A DNA stretch of 64,000 bases from assembly GCA_963726195.1 (NCBI GenBank), contig CAVSBO010000017.1, positions 29,712-93,711 on the forward strand. Reading direction: 5' to 3'. A program made the position numbers and the translations under genes. Shown here piece after piece: positions 1 through 10,345 of the stretch (within the stretch, counting starts at the first letter, position 1; every line of letters starts with the position of its first letter). Source of the stretch: Candidatus Thorarchaeota archaeon. Its GTDB lineage: Archaea > Asgardarchaeota > Thorarchaeia > Thorarchaeales > Thorarchaeaceae. A model generated the notes under the pieces. That model saw nothing but the letters and a program-made list of their open reading frames with translations. It made no database searches and was not told where the DNA came from.

Positions 1-280
1 CACAACCAACCCAAGTCTACTGAGGGACACAATGACTGTGGATGAACCATGTCCGTCTTGCGATGAGTTTGCAGTTTGTGGAGGGAGATGTCTGTTTGCA
101 AACAAGGAAAGACTGTGGGGGGAAAGTGGCTTTCAGAAAGTCTGCGATACCGTGAGGCATCTAATCGAAAGCCTTCGCATCGAGATGCCGCACGTGCGCG
201 AGCTGATCGAAAAAGGAATTGTCAACGAAGAGGACTTCAACTATCCCGAGTTCAACAATGGTTGCGAGATTATCCCCTAG
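1..280 (+). CDS. radical SAM/SPASM-type protein, C-terminal fragment (gene starts upstream of window)
   Basis: The frame is open from nt 2 to the stop at 278-280. The tail carries CPSC-DEFAV-C-GGR-C (CX2CX5CX3C), the cysteine pattern of SPASM/twitch auxiliary Fe-S domains. Confidence 0.45.
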   Translation, partial: TTNPSLLRDTMTVDEPCPSCDEFAVCGGRCLFANKERLWGESGFQKVCDTVRHLIESLRIEMPHVRELIEKGIVNEEDFNYPEFNNGCEIIP

Positions 281-819
281 ACATCCTCTTCTTCGCCTTC
301 TTGTTCTGACTCGTATAGGTCCTTCTGCATCACCATTAGTTCTGTGCCTGAACCCTGACGGCCTTCGATGGGTTTGTAACCGATGCCCTCATAAAACTTG
401 GTTTGGGAACCCATTGCACTGACGACTTCGAGCTGAACGGTTTTGGCCCCCATGTGAGTGAGCAGATTCTCAGCGTATTCGACGAGAAAGGTACCGACGC
501 GTCTATTGCGGAATTTCTCAAGAACACCGATACGGCTTATCGTACCCGTCTGACCCTGAAGCTGCACACGCATAGTTCCAACAATTGAGTCCCCAATGAT
601 TGCCACGTACACATTCCCCATCTGAATTGCACGTGATATCTTGTCAAGACCATCCTGCAGCGCGAGAGGCTCCTTGGTTTGGCGCTTCCTAACGCCGCCG
701 TAAGCCTCTTGGAGAATGGACCGAACAGTGTCCACTTCTCCGAGATCCGCACGACGGATTGAAACTTCAGCATAATCATACATGGCGGGCCCGACCTTCG
801 GTGAGCTGTTATCCTTCAA
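277..819 (-). CDS. GNAT family N-acetyltransferase
   Basis: 180-aa ORF. ISRIGVLEKFRNRRVGTFLVEYAE matches the GNAT acetyl-CoA motif A (R-x-x-G-x-G/A context). The true start may be the internal MYDYAE Met. Confidence 0.7.
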   Translation of the reverse strand: MKDNSSPKVGPAMYDYAEVSIRRADLGEVDTVRSILQEAYGGVRKRQTKEPLALQDGLDKISRAIQMGNVYVAIIGDSIVGTMRVQLQGQTGTISRIGVLEKFRNRRVGTFLVEYAENLLTHMGAKTVQLEVVSAMGSQTKFYEGIGYKPIEGRQGSGTELMVMQKDLYESEQEGEEEDV

Positions 820-912
820 GGGGACAATTCAGACATAAAGTAATTGGACTGGGACAAAAAGACCGCCTGTCTACGCCCATAGGACACCGATGAGCATAAG
901 ACATGGGCCTAG

Positions 913-1458
913 TTGAGCATGAGCTCAGACATTCCCTCAGTAAACGGTGAGGAACTCGCTGTGCCGGGAAGAACCAGAATCGAGGTAAGAGAGAAGGAAG
1001 CAGGAGACCAGAATTGGGTAAATGATCTTCTTGCCGCAAGCTGGGCATCGACCAGAATAGTGTCGCGGGGACGCCTCTGCGATGCGTCTCAGTTAGCGGC
1101 CTTCGTTGCGCTTTTCAAGAAAAGGAGAAGCGGTCTACTCACCTACAGAATATCACAGAAGGAATGCGAGATTGTTACCTTGAACAGCCTTGTACAGAAT
1201 GTTGGAATTGGAACTGCCCTCCTTGACGCGGTCACCAGCCAAGCAGAACTCGGCAGATGCGTTAGGCTGTGGCTTATAACAACTAATGACAATACAAACG
1301 CGCTGCATTTCTATCAGAGGAGGGGCTTTCGAATAGCGGCCATTCACGTCAGAGCGATCGAGGAGTCTAGGAAGCTGAAGCCTGAGCTACCCCTTCTGGG
1401 TTATGACGGGATTCCAATCTTGGATGAAATTGAGCTTGAGAGGACAATAGTAGTTTGA
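913..1458 (+). CDS. GNAT family N-acetyltransferase
   Basis: 181-aa ORF. NVGIGTALLDAV followed by NTNALHFYQRRGFR is typical of GNAT motifs A and B. Confidence 0.7.
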   Translation: MSMSSDIPSVNGEELAVPGRTRIEVREKEAGDQNWVNDLLAASWASTRIVSRGRLCDASQLAAFVALFKKRRSGLLTYRISQKECEIVTLNSLVQNVGIGTALLDAVTSQAELGRCVRLWLITTNDNTNALHFYQRRGFRIAAIHVRAIEESRKLKPELPLLGYDGIPILDEIELERTIVV

Positions 1459-1579
1459 GATTCCTGCTCAAGCGCAGCCCAATGATTCAATCTCAACTCA
1501 TTAGGGCCCTTCTCAAGCGGCAATACGCTTAGTTTAATACACTCCATGCCCTGCGGCTACCCAGAGTGGAGGATACGAC

Positions 1580-1726
1580 ATGTCACCCAAGAAGAAAGAA
1601 GAAGTCGTTGAGTCCGACAAACTGTCACCGAAAGACAAGAAAGAGATTCAAGAAGGTGCTTGTGTCAACTGCGCTATTGCGACCTTGGTGTTCGTCATCT
1701 TGATGATGACTGCAGCTCTTCTCTAA
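1580..1726 (+). CDS. small tail-anchored membrane protein (hypothetical)
   Basis: 48-codon ORF translated by hand (MSPKKKEEVV...CAIATLVFVILMMTAALL). GGAGG lies 7 nt upstream of the ATG. It has a charged head and one C-terminal TM helix. It is short, so uncertain. Confidence 0.3.
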   Translation: MSPKKKEEVVESDKLSPKDKKEIQEGACVNCAIATLVFVILMMTAALL

Positions 1727-1882
1727 GCAGCAGCTCTGGTTTCTCCGTCACCGACCCCAGTGACGCCACGAAAGCGAATCCACCTCGTCGCAACAACTTA
1801 GGGTCAAAATAGGTCGCACTCGATTCCTGGCCGAGTTGACATCGGCCACGATTTCATCGTGCAGCCGGTCGACGTTACCCTG

Positions 1883-3271
1883 CTACTTTTTCTCTTCCTC
1901 TTCTTCTTCCTCGCCCAACCGCTTTCCCGGTTTTAGTCGCTTGGAATCATCGTAGGACAGCCTGCCGGGCGAAGGAGTAGACAAATCATGGCCTTGTTTG
2001 CCTTCCTTGATGCCCTGCGCCCTTTCACTGGGCCATGCCTCACCAGGAGCTGGCATTTTCTTTGCTATGTCTTTGTCCACTTTCTCGGCCTCAGGTCTCT
2101 CGCCAGTTTCTTTCATCTGTTCGAGAATCCTTTCCGTACGTCGGCCCGTGAGATAGTAGAGCGAGGAGAACATAGCCGCGAGCGGGAATACTGTGAGCTT
2201 GGCTATGTCTTTGAAGAGATAGGTTGTAGCGGCATTCGTTACCCAAGGGTTGCTGCCAAACCAAGTTGCGATTGTCGATGCAGGGTTTGCGGCAATCATG
2301 AGAATTGAGTCTACGAAGAAATATCCGCTCGCCATGAAGAATGTCAGCAGAGGGCCAAGGTCCCGGAGTCGGGAGCGCGATTCTTCGACTGACTCAGTTA
2401 CGGTTCTACCTATGCCGCTCATTGCATAGACCAAGAAGAAGAGCGATATCGCCACATCTTCTACGCTGAGTTCTGGCGCTTCGCGACGAATCACGTTGAA
2501 CAGGAAATAGCCTGCATACACTGCAATGAAGAGAGTGAGGAGTGCAACATTAAGTGCTGAGCCTCTCCTCGCATATCGGAAGAATGTCAAAAGCGAAACG
2601 ACACCGAACAATGCCATCACAGCATAGGCCACGATGAGCCCTTGATGGTAGATCTGAAGATTATGCAAACCATTTGGAAAGATGCTGGAAATGAGAGTCC
2701 CAAGTCCGAAATAGTTGTGCGGAATGAGATAGACTGCAGCAAGTGCTTCGGCACCGAGCAAGCCAAGACCAATAAGCAATAAGATGAAACTTCCAAGGCC
2801 GATGGCAACTCCGCCCTTCTTTGGCTCCGCAATCGTTGCCACCCTCAGGCTGGCTCTTGCAGACAGGTATGCCTGAAAGGCGATCCAGCCAAGCCATCCG
2901 AAAAGTGCGAAGAAGTAAAGCGCAGAATGCCCGAGACTAATGGATATGAACACAGCGAGAGCAAATGAAATAGCCATCCATGCTAGTCCCTTTAGCTCAG
3001 TTACTCTCCCTCGACCCCTTCTGGTAATCCAAAGTGAATCGAGGCCAACCGTACACAGGAAAGACCCTATCCCGAAATATATCGCGCCCGTTGCACCTAT
3101 GTACACAAAGAAGTTGACAAGCAATATCTCCACTGGAGTTCCGACCGAGCCGCCAATCAGGGCGGCCATGAAAAGGGCAAGAAACGTCGTGGCCACGAAC
3201 ACAATCAGATAGGCGATGTATCGTCTTGTTTTGAAGAAGACTCCGAGACCTGAGAAGAACGGAACTGGCAA
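1883..3271 (-). CDS. polytopic membrane protein with acidic poly-Glu C-terminal tail (hypothetical)
   Basis: 462-aa ORF with about 10 hydrophobic helices, then a charged tail ending EEEEEEKK. I cannot name a family motif. Confidence 0.6.
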   Translation of the reverse strand: MPVPFFSGLGVFFKTRRYIAYLIVFVATTFLALFMAALIGGSVGTPVEILLVNFFVYIGATGAIYFGIGSFLCTVGLDSLWITRRGRGRVTELKGLAWMAISFALAVFISISLGHSALYFFALFGWLGWIAFQAYLSARASLRVATIAEPKKGGVAIGLGSFILLLIGLGLLGAEALAAVYLIPHNYFGLGTLISSIFPNGLHNLQIYHQGLIVAYAVMALFGVVSLLTFFRYARRGSALNVALLTLFIAVYAGYFLFNVIRREAPELSVEDVAISLFFLVYAMSGIGRTVTESVEESRSRLRDLGPLLTFFMASGYFFVDSILMIAANPASTIATWFGSNPWVTNAATTYLFKDIAKLTVFPLAAMFSSLYYLTGRRTERILEQMKETGERPEAEKVDKDIAKKMPAPGEAWPSERAQGIKEGKQGHDLSTPSPGRLSYDDSKRLKPGKRLGEEEEEEEKK

Positions 3272-3533
3272 GCAGCTACCTCCCTTTCAGTGAAGCACCG
3301 CCCTCCATGCATTTAAGCTTTGCACAGGCAGACAACACTAGACTTAGCGCTGCCCAAGAGACGCTCTGTGAACTGAACACTACTTACTTCCTAGACGTCA
3401 TTGCCGAGAGGCCCACGTCAGGACTGTCCAGCTAGACACCGTCAGAGCAAGCCGATATGGCAGACCTACATGGCTCAGGGGCCCATCACGTCCTAGAATT
3501 GAAGGATAGTGATAGGCCCAGCCATATTTGGAA

Positions 3534-4466
3534 CTATACTTCTTCAAACTCCGTGCCCTGAAGTGTAATCCGACGCGGGTTTGCGAGCAGGCTCAACTCA
3601 TACCTTTGCTGCGTAGGTCGCGCCTTTCCTTGAATCCAAGACTTGAGACCCTTCTGAAGCCGCTCTTTAATCTCATCTCTATACTTGATTGCGACTGAAA
3701 AGCATTGGAGCACCCTGCAGAACCATTCGTTCTCAGCAAGTGTGGCGTCATTGATTGTTACCTCGTAGTCTCCGCCAATGTCAATCACCTTGCTGTTGAT
3801 TCTAGCAACCATTGTCTCTCCTGTCAGACGAAAGACATTGAAATCATCACCGACGGCTATGCGTGCTCCCTCAATCCTGAATACTTCAAACTTCCCGTCC
3901 GGCCCGACGAGGTAGAAGGAGTAGTGTTCTGTTGCCAAGGCTCCTCGTCGACTCTGCAGGACATATGTAACTATCTCACTTTCCTTTGTAACTACCGAGA
4001 ATGCAAGGAGAGGCGCCTCGGAACCAAAGCTTACCGCATATTCCTGAGCGACCATTTCCTCAATTGTCGCTAGCCAGGCACCGTTGTTAGTGAAAAACTT
4101 CAAGACCATGCGGCGATTAAGATCATTGGGTTCATCGCGCCACGTGGACTCGCGAATTACGATGAATCCTACTTTCTCCTTTTTTGGCAGCTCTTTCGCA
4201 CCCTTCGCAAGCTTCGCTTCTTCTATCTTGCCAATGATCTCTGCATCCTTATTGAACTGGCGGCTCTGAGAACGCCATTGGTCATCCTGATGTACCCCGA
4301 TTTTATCGAGATGGATCCCGGTCTTGAATAGGTCTTGGCTGAAGGCCCTATAGACCGTGCTTCCGCCTCGCTTTTCTTCCTTGCCAGACGTACCTGACAT
4401 ATCTGCAACCTCTGTCATTAAGTCGATGACTACTGCCCTTCTGCGCTGCCCTACGCGATATATCAC
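3534..4466 (-). CDS. hypothetical protein
   Basis: 310-aa ORF. The competing + strand ORFs look like antisense shadows. It has a Lys/Glu-rich N-terminal third and a beta-rich C-terminal part. No diagnostic motif. Confidence 0.5.
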   Translation of the reverse strand: MIYRVGQRRRAVVIDLMTEVADMSGTSGKEEKRGGSTVYRAFSQDLFKTGIHLDKIGVHQDDQWRSQSRQFNKDAEIIGKIEEAKLAKGAKELPKKEKVGFIVIRESTWRDEPNDLNRRMVLKFFTNNGAWLATIEEMVAQEYAVSFGSEAPLLAFSVVTKESEIVTYVLQSRRGALATEHYSFYLVGPDGKFEVFRIEGARIAVGDDFNVFRLTGETMVARINSKVIDIGGDYEVTINDATLAENEWFCRVLQCFSVAIKYRDEIKERLQKGLKSWIQGKARPTQQRYELSLLANPRRITLQGTEFEEV

Positions 4467-4605
4467 CCTACCTTGGATGAATCTGGAACTGAGGATTCAC
4501 CAGCTAAGAGTGAGCTGTCCGGTTTCGGGGAGAGAGCACGGCGTGTTTTTCCTCGCGAAATCGCACTACTCCTTGTATGTCCTCAAGAAGAAACAGAGAA
4601 GCTGA

Positions 4606-5037
4606 TTGCGCATGAGTAAAACGATCGGTGTCGGCGTATTCATCGCCTTCGCGTTGACTGTGATTCTGCCTATGGTGGCTGTCATTATAGTCATGGGAAG
4701 CTTCGGAGTGGCTGAATATGTCCTTCCGATTCTCATCCCAAGCTTTCTCTCGATGATATTGATTGTTTGTTTTGCAGGGATAGCGGTGTTCGCGGGTTCG
4801 CGGATGGTGAATAGGGCACGGTACCTGACGAGTGATGGCACAGTGACTTCACCTCAAGGACAGATTCCCGACGGTTTGCCTGAGTTCTCGGTTCCTCACC
4901 AAAAACGATTCTTCATGATTCCCGTGTACTGCCCGCATTGCGGCAACGCACTGGACCTTCAACGAGTCGGTTGGTCCACTTCAAAAACCTTGACCTGCCC
5001 GGACTGCGACCACGAGATAGACGTCAAAATGATGTGA
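4606..5037 (+). CDS. membrane-anchored zinc-ribbon protein (hypothetical)
   Basis: Two N-terminal TM helices, then CPHCGN...CPDCDH (CxxC-x18-CxxC). An ATG at 4612 is the likely start rather than the TTG at 4606. Confidence 0.55.
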   Translation: MRMSKTIGVGVFIAFALTVILPMVAVIIVMGSFGVAEYVLPILIPSFLSMILIVCFAGIAVFAGSRMVNRARYLTSDGTVTSPQGQIPDGLPEFSVPHQKRFFMIPVYCPHCGNALDLQRVGWSTSKTLTCPDCDHEIDVKMM

Positions 5038-5534
5038 GAGCCCGCAGGCCGACCTCAGTACGAGCAGACGGTCGCATCGGGGCTCTCATCTGGAGAAGTA
5101 GGTAAGCGCGACGGCCTCGGTTGAAATTCTCTGACGCTTCACGTTTGTCTTTCGCTCAGAGCTCAGATTCTTGGTCTCGGCCATCAGATTCACCTTACGA
5201 CAGTGGCAAAGGCGTATGCGAGTGCATCGGTGGATTGCGACTTGATCAGCTTTCTGTTCTTCGTCACAGACATGTTTCGGGTATTGCTTTCGTGTGCCAT
5301 GTTATTTCACGAGTAATGCCACTCAGGTTCAGTATATAACGCGAAGCCACGTTCTAGGGTCACTGCAGAGAGTCACTTGTTGTTACTTGGTTGGGGAGTA
5401 TGACTCCTGCGAAGACCACGAGGACGTATGTTCAGCTCCTTTCTGGACTGCCATGGATCCTGCAACTCCGGGACCGCATTCCTACGCTCTATTGATGAAC
5501 GACCCCGTACATATCGTTTAAGAGCAAAAGCTTC

Positions 5535-6027
5535 GTGATGGCTCACGGCATGATAGCGACTACCATTCGTGGTTTGGACATCGATGTGCTTCTTGACTCA
5601 CTGTCCGAGAGATACTCGACAGCGCTGAAGAGAATCTGGCGCAGTCAGAATCAAGTCAACGCCGTCTTCGTGAGAGATGAACTCGTGCTTCGGACCATGT
5701 CAGAGCAGGCAGTAGTAGCCGTCGTGGAACACGACATCACTGCCAATGTCTGCAAAGTCCAGTGCATGGCATTGGCCGGTGGGTCTGGACTCCTCAGAAT
5801 AAGTTGGGGGGTCCCACGACGCAGCTGAATCAACGTTCCGAGATCTCATAAAAGGGCTCGCGCTCAAGCATGGCTGGCAATGTGAAATCATTCCCATCGA
5901 ACTCGCGTTCAGGGGAGTGAAGTGTCCCACATGTGGAGGTATATACTCCTACCCCAAGGAGAAGGTTCTCAAGGATGGCAGCGCTAGATGTCAGAACTGC
6001 GACATGCCATTCAACCCAGCCAGCTAG
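5535..6027 (+). pseudogene. hypothetical protein with C-terminal zinc ribbon; reading frame split at a G6 run
   Basis: ORF 5535-5828 continues sensibly in the +1 frame (5803-6027: ...STFRDLIKGLALKHGW...CPTCGG...CQNCD...) if one G of the G6 run at 5806-5811 is removed. The downstream frame has no start codon of its own. Confidence 0.4.
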
Positions 6028-6137
6028 GGAATAGCTGAGGATTCCGAGCCAGATGTGCATTCCTTTCCATCGGCGCTCAGGTATAATAGAGCGTTGGTGA
6101 ACTGGCAAGACGAGAGTCCCTACTGACATAGAATGAG

Positions 6138-7385
6138 GTGCCAGACTTGAAGGGCATAATGTACAATCTCAGAATACGCAAAGTGATTCTGAAGAAAGCC
6201 GGTCTCAGCCGCAAGCTCTCCATGATCAAGTATCGAGAGGATTGGCCCGTCCCGGAGATTGAGCATCCCACTCAAATCAAGGTCAAAACCCGCATCGCAG
6301 GTATTTGCACATCGGACCTGCACCAGATCAATGTCAATCTTCCATACTCGGCAAGCATCCTTGCAAGACGGGAGAACCCCTTTCCGTTCGGTCATGAAGC
6401 AGTGGCGGATGTTGTGGAGGTCGGAAGCAAGGTTACTGATATCAAGGTCGGCGACAGAGTCACCCATTCGCCTGTTGCTCCTTGTGAGGCATACGGTTTT
6501 GCTCTGTGCCCGAGTTGCAGCAATGGTCACTATGAGACCTGCCTCACACTCGCTGGGATAGGTGATGGATCTGACGTCGAGAATGAATACGGAGGCAGAG
6601 GGCACTTTGGCGGTTTTAGCGGAGGAGGCTTCAGCGAGTACTTCGTTGGATTCGCCAAGCAATTTACGAAGGTTCCGCCCTCACTGCCTGATGAGATTGC
6701 CGTCCTAGCTGAGCCTCTTGCTGTGAGTTTGCATGCCGTTGCTAGGAACCTGCCTGATGACAATGACAGAGTCGTAGTTATTGGAGGGGGCATCATCGGT
6801 CTCATGGCGGTGGCTTCCCTGCGCGCGCTGGGATCGAAATGCACGACAATCGCTATTGCCAAGTACAAGTTTCAGGCAGAGGCTGCGAAGAAACTTGGTG
6901 CAGACAAAGTCATATCTGAGCGTTCACGAGACCGCCTCTACGAGGGAATAGCGAAGGAGACGGGTGGAGCGCTATTCAAACCGAAGAGGGGCAGGCTGAT
7001 CCTATATGGTGACGCCGGTCCCGATGTCATATTCGATGCAGTGGGCACTGACTCAAGCTTGGACGACGCTTTGCATATGGTAAGAAGCAATGGCAGGATA
7101 GTGATTGTTGGAATGGGCTTCGGGACGACGAAGAAGACAGATTGGGCTCTGCAAGTGTACAAGCAGCTCACCATCAGAGGGTCAATGATGCACGGCATCG
7201 AGGACATCAATGGAAAGAGGACTGAGACGATGGGACTAGCACTCAGCATCATGGAAGAGAATCAGGATGCATTCAGAGATCTCGTTACGCACAAATTCAA
7301 GATTGATGATTTCAAGTCCGCATTCAAGTGTAGCGAACAAAAGGCCAAGGGAAATGAAGTCAAGGTTGCTTTCGACTTCCGGTAG
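6138..7385 (+). CDS. Zn-dependent alcohol/threonine dehydrogenase family (MDR superfamily) oxidoreductase
   Basis: GICTSDLH and GHEAVADVVEVG catalytic-zinc motifs, the Cys cluster CPSCSNGHYETC, and a GGGIIGL Rossmann motif. The start could be GTG 6138 or ATG 6159. Confidence 0.8.
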   Translation: MPDLKGIMYNLRIRKVILKKAGLSRKLSMIKYREDWPVPEIEHPTQIKVKTRIAGICTSDLHQINVNLPYSASILARRENPFPFGHEAVADVVEVGSKVTDIKVGDRVTHSPVAPCEAYGFALCPSCSNGHYETCLTLAGIGDGSDVENEYGGRGHFGGFSGGGFSEYFVGFAKQFTKVPPSLPDEIAVLAEPLAVSLHAVARNLPDDNDRVVVIGGGIIGLMAVASLRALGSKCTTIAIAKYKFQAEAAKKLGADKVISERSRDRLYEGIAKETGGALFKPKRGRLILYGDAGPDVIFDAVGTDSSLDDALHMVRSNGRIVIVGMGFGTTKKTDWALQVYKQLTIRGSMMHGIEDINGKRTETMGLALSIMEENQDAFRDLVTHKFKIDDFKSAFKCSEQKAKGNEVKVAFDFR

Positions 7386-7533
7386 ACCCTGTTTGTCGGC
7401 AGTCGGACACTGACCTCGATCACCTTTTGTCGGGACCCTCTTCGGAGCACTCGAATCCTTCGAAAAGCCTGTGTGCGCGATCAGAAACAGGGTTAGACAG
7501 TAGCGATGGGTAAGGCTCATTGTGTTTCGGGCT

Positions 7534-8043
7534 TCATCTACATACTGTAACACCACAGAAGGGACACTTGCACTGCTTTCCGTCTCGAATCAAGCTCACA
7601 GCCTGATCTGGCAATTCACCACCGCACATAGGGCAGAGATAGGCGGTCAGGTTCTGAGACATTTCGTCAATCGCAGGCATTATCATTGCTTCATCCTCGC
7701 CTGACATCCTCACTGTGCACGTAACTCCCTTCACTCCCGGTTTGCCAGTTATGGTCAGCTCAACGCCGAGATTCTTCTGTGTGTACTTTCCACGTGCCCA
7801 ACCATTGATGATTAGCTCGACGTGCTCATCAGACGTCGTATGACTGCTGGTCACATGAGAGAAATTCAACTTCTCAAACACCTGCAGGGTCTTTGAGCGC
7901 ATCTCTTCAGGAGTCCAGTCCTGGACCTTGAATGTCATCTCTTCGTGATTGAAGTCTGATAGTCTGAGTTCAAACTCGTCGGGTGTGATGACTTCAGGCA
8001 TAAGAAGATCGCAGACGGCCCTCACGGAAAATGGTTCAGTCAT
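7534..8043 (-). CDS. hypothetical protein with C-terminal zinc ribbon
   Basis: CPMCGG...CKCPFCG at the C-terminus. I place the start at Met31 of the tracked ORF (MTEPFS), giving an 8-nt ATGACTGA overlap with the upstream gene. Confidence 0.5.
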   Translation of the reverse strand: MTEPFSVRAVCDLLMPEVITPDEFELRLSDFNHEEMTFKVQDWTPEEMRSKTLQVFEKLNFSHVTSSHTTSDEHVELIINGWARGKYTQKNLGVELTITGKPGVKGVTCTVRMSGEDEAMIMPAIDEMSQNLTAYLCPMCGGELPDQAVSLIRDGKQCKCPFCGVTVCR

Positions 8044-8560
8044 AGCTGAGGTGCGGCTTTCCTTCGTCGTCAACATAGGATACGCTGGCAACGATGGCTC
8101 CTTTGATGCAGTCTTTGCTTGGAAGGAAATCAAAAGTGGGACTTACGAAACCGCTAGGATCAATCTTCGCAATAACCTTCACTGGGGGCCCCTCAAGTGT
8201 CAGAGCGTCGCGCGGGTAACTCACCAGACTGACAGTGACATCCGTAACTACGTATTTGGACCTGTTCAGTACCTTAACCTTGAACTTCAACCTGTTGCCA
8301 ACAAACTCGCCACCCCGAAGAATATCCACCGGTTCAGTCGGCTGAATTGGAAGAAAGGTGGTCTCTGACTCCATCGCACTAGCACCTATGTTGACAGCGG
8401 CTGCCATAGAGTCAATCAACGGATGGCGTTCCGGATCGAGACTCTCCACCATGGCTCCTATGAGTAGAATCAACACGGTAGCCCAGATTGGTGCTGACAT
8501 CAAGCCTGTGATCGGGTTTGCCATGATGATCACAGGTAGTGCAAGGAGAAAACCACGCAA
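8036..8560 (-). CDS. membrane-anchored beta-rich protein (hypothetical)
   Basis: 174-aa ORF with an N-terminal TM segment, then alternating beta-strand-like sequence (KFKVKVLNRSKYVVTDVTVSLVSY...). The TTG start at 8560 follows a TAA two codons upstream in the same frame. Confidence 0.5.
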   Translation of the reverse strand: MRGFLLALPVIIMANPITGLMSAPIWATVLILLIGAMVESLDPERHPLIDSMAAAVNIGASAMESETTFLPIQPTEPVDILRGGEFVGNRLKFKVKVLNRSKYVVTDVTVSLVSYPRDALTLEGPPVKVIAKIDPSGFVSPTFDFLPSKDCIKGAIVASVSYVDDEGKPHLSYD

Positions 8561-8950
8561 CCGACGCGGTTACCATCAGATTCTTGACGAATGCCCTCCT
8601 CTTGCACGTTCTTTTCCACCGCTGCGAAATATCAGCAAATCCACTTTTAGACTCCCTGTGAGCCCTCAATTCGGCCAGAGGCGACGACCAGAAGGAATAC
8701 TGACACAACTCCCCGAATAGTATCGCGAGTAACGGCGTGCATTCACTCTTACATCGAGCGCACAATGAAAGGTGTGGCCGGAGCCTGCAGGGTAAATCGT
8801 GGTAGGAGGGGGGAGTTTCGTAAATGAGGGCATGTAACGAAAACTAGCCCTGCAGACCAACCGACCACAATACTATATCGAGTTCTGGTTCGATATAAAC
8901 CAGCTCATTGTTCCAAAGCGATACACACGAACGGCACAAAAGCTCTTTAT

Positions 8951-9460
8951 GTGACAGGCCAGTCGTGCAACCAATTGAGCCGGTCATTGCCATATCAATC
9001 ATCGAGATTGGCAGCCCGGCAAGATATCACGCGGGGTGTATGTTTGGACGCAAGCAGATGCGACCCACTAGGAAGTCTGACGACAATCTATGGATTCTTC
9101 TTCATCTTCATGGCGACAGCGATTGCAGCAGCCCCTGTTCTGAAATCGACACTCGCTACGGAAGATGCAGTCATGTTCTATCTAATCGCAGTAGTACTGG
9201 GACTGGCCATTGCTCTCGTAGGCACGGAGATACTCGTACGTGCTAATGAGTGTCACGTGTACCGAATGGGACTCATCGGAACGACACTCTTAGGAATGTT
9301 TGTGCCGATTGCGTTCGTGTTTGGGGTTGGCAGGGGATTGATTCCCAACGCGTATTGGCTTGGATTGAACCTCTCGTACGCAGGCTCTCTTTGTGTTTCC
9401 GTAATTGTCGTCTTTATGTATCTCGGAGTACTAGCGCGGACCTTTCTCTCCAGAAGATGA
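8951..9460 (+). CDS. membrane protein (hypothetical)
   Basis: About four hydrophobic helices in the C-terminal 120 aa. The N-terminal 45 aa look non-protein-like, so the true start is probably internal. Confidence 0.4.
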   Translation: MTGQSCNQLSRSLPYQSSRLAARQDITRGVCLDASRCDPLGSLTTIYGFFFIFMATAIAAAPVLKSTLATEDAVMFYLIAVVLGLAIALVGTEILVRANECHVYRMGLIGTTLLGMFVPIAFVFGVGRGLIPNAYWLGLNLSYAGSLCVSVIVVFMYLGVLARTFLSRR

Positions 9461-9518
9461 ATCGCTGGCCAACTCTCAGCTGTTGGCAAGAAATACTGAA
9501 GCCTCTCAAGAGAACGAT

Positions 9519-10121
9519 TCATGTTGGATTCTCTTTGGAGCTGCTCTCCAAGGCGTTGATGTACTCTGAAACACTCAACGGGTCGGTATTGTAAGCTCGT
9601 TCTAGAGCGGCTCTGCACTGAATGCCATCTCCGAGTTCTGAATAGACCGATGCCAAATCGAGCCAAGCGTCTGTGTGTTCAGGATCAAGTTCGACTGCCC
9701 TGAGAAGAGCCCTCACTGCAGCATGGTACCTTCCTTGCGTCTTGAAGACGCCTCCGAGATTTGTCCAGAGGGCTGCGTCATCTCTCTCGAGCTTTATTGC
9801 CCGTCTGTACGCTGCTTCCGCCTTGCGCCACATTTGGAGCCTCCCCATCAGGTTGCCGAGCAAAAACCATCCTAGGTAACAGTCACCCACTTCCGACACG
9901 ACAGCCTCGAACGCATCTACGATTTCCCCCTTGGGTCCAGTTCTGAGGGCCAAGCTGGCGAGCTTCAGCCAGGCCCACCCATCCTTGGGAGTAGACTCCA
10001 CGATACGAATCTGGTCTGCAAAGATTCTATCGACACACTCACGCAGTTCAGCATCTGCGCTTGGAAGGAGCTGATTAACATCAGTACTCATTCGTAAGTC
10101 ACTTCCTCGGACAAGATTCAA
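9519..10121 (-). CDS. TPR repeat protein
   Basis: Repeated W-x2-LG-x...A-x3-Y/F-x2-A-x4-P units (AAYRRAIKLERDDAALWTNLG, RALLRAVELDPEHTDAWLDLA). The likely start is ATG at 10091 (MSTDV) rather than TTG at 10121. Confidence 0.7.
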   Translation of the reverse strand: MNLVRGSDLRMSTDVNQLLPSADAELRECVDRIFADQIRIVESTPKDGWAWLKLASLALRTGPKGEIVDAFEAVVSEVGDCYLGWFLLGNLMGRLQMWRKAEAAYRRAIKLERDDAALWTNLGGVFKTQGRYHAAVRALLRAVELDPEHTDAWLDLASVYSELGDGIQCRAALERAYNTDPLSVSEYINALESSSKENPT

Positions 10122-10345
10122 TCTGTCACCGTCGATGAAAGACTCGACTGGTTGTCCCCATTGGAAACCGACTTCTGGCAGGAGGAATCCTCCTGCATCT
10201 TTTGTGCTCGCAAGGCCAAGGCCCTGATTGCCACTGTGGTCGCCGTCTCAAAAGGACTTGAGTCTGCGAATGCTATCACAGCAGCAGCCCTTCCTACGTC
10301 CAAGCTTGGTTTTTGGGATTTAGAATTGACCGACATTCGTGCCAA
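10118..10345 (-). CDS. hypothetical small protein
   Basis: 75-aa ORF whose stop abuts the TPR gene start. No motif. Confidence 0.25.
   Translation of the reverse strand: MARMSVNSKSQKPSLDVGRAAAVIAFADSSPFETATTVAIRALALRAQKMQEDSSCQKSVSNGDNQSSLSSTVTD

Noticed and set aside
5100-5300. Short minus-strand ORFs (about 38 and 35 codons, MAHESNTRNMSVTKNRKL... and VNLMAETKNL...) in the 5038-5534 gap
   Set aside because: They are too short, split across two frames, lack motifs, and lack convincing start signals. The tracked plus-strand ORFs here also look non-coding.
5830-6662. Minus-strand ORFs 5830-6129 (99 aa) and 6120-6662 (180 aa)
   Set aside because: They lie antisense to a zinc-ribbon coding frame and to the well-supported Zn-dehydrogenase gene. 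Their compositions look like shadow frames (Cys/Arg/Ser-rich) and they carry no motifs.
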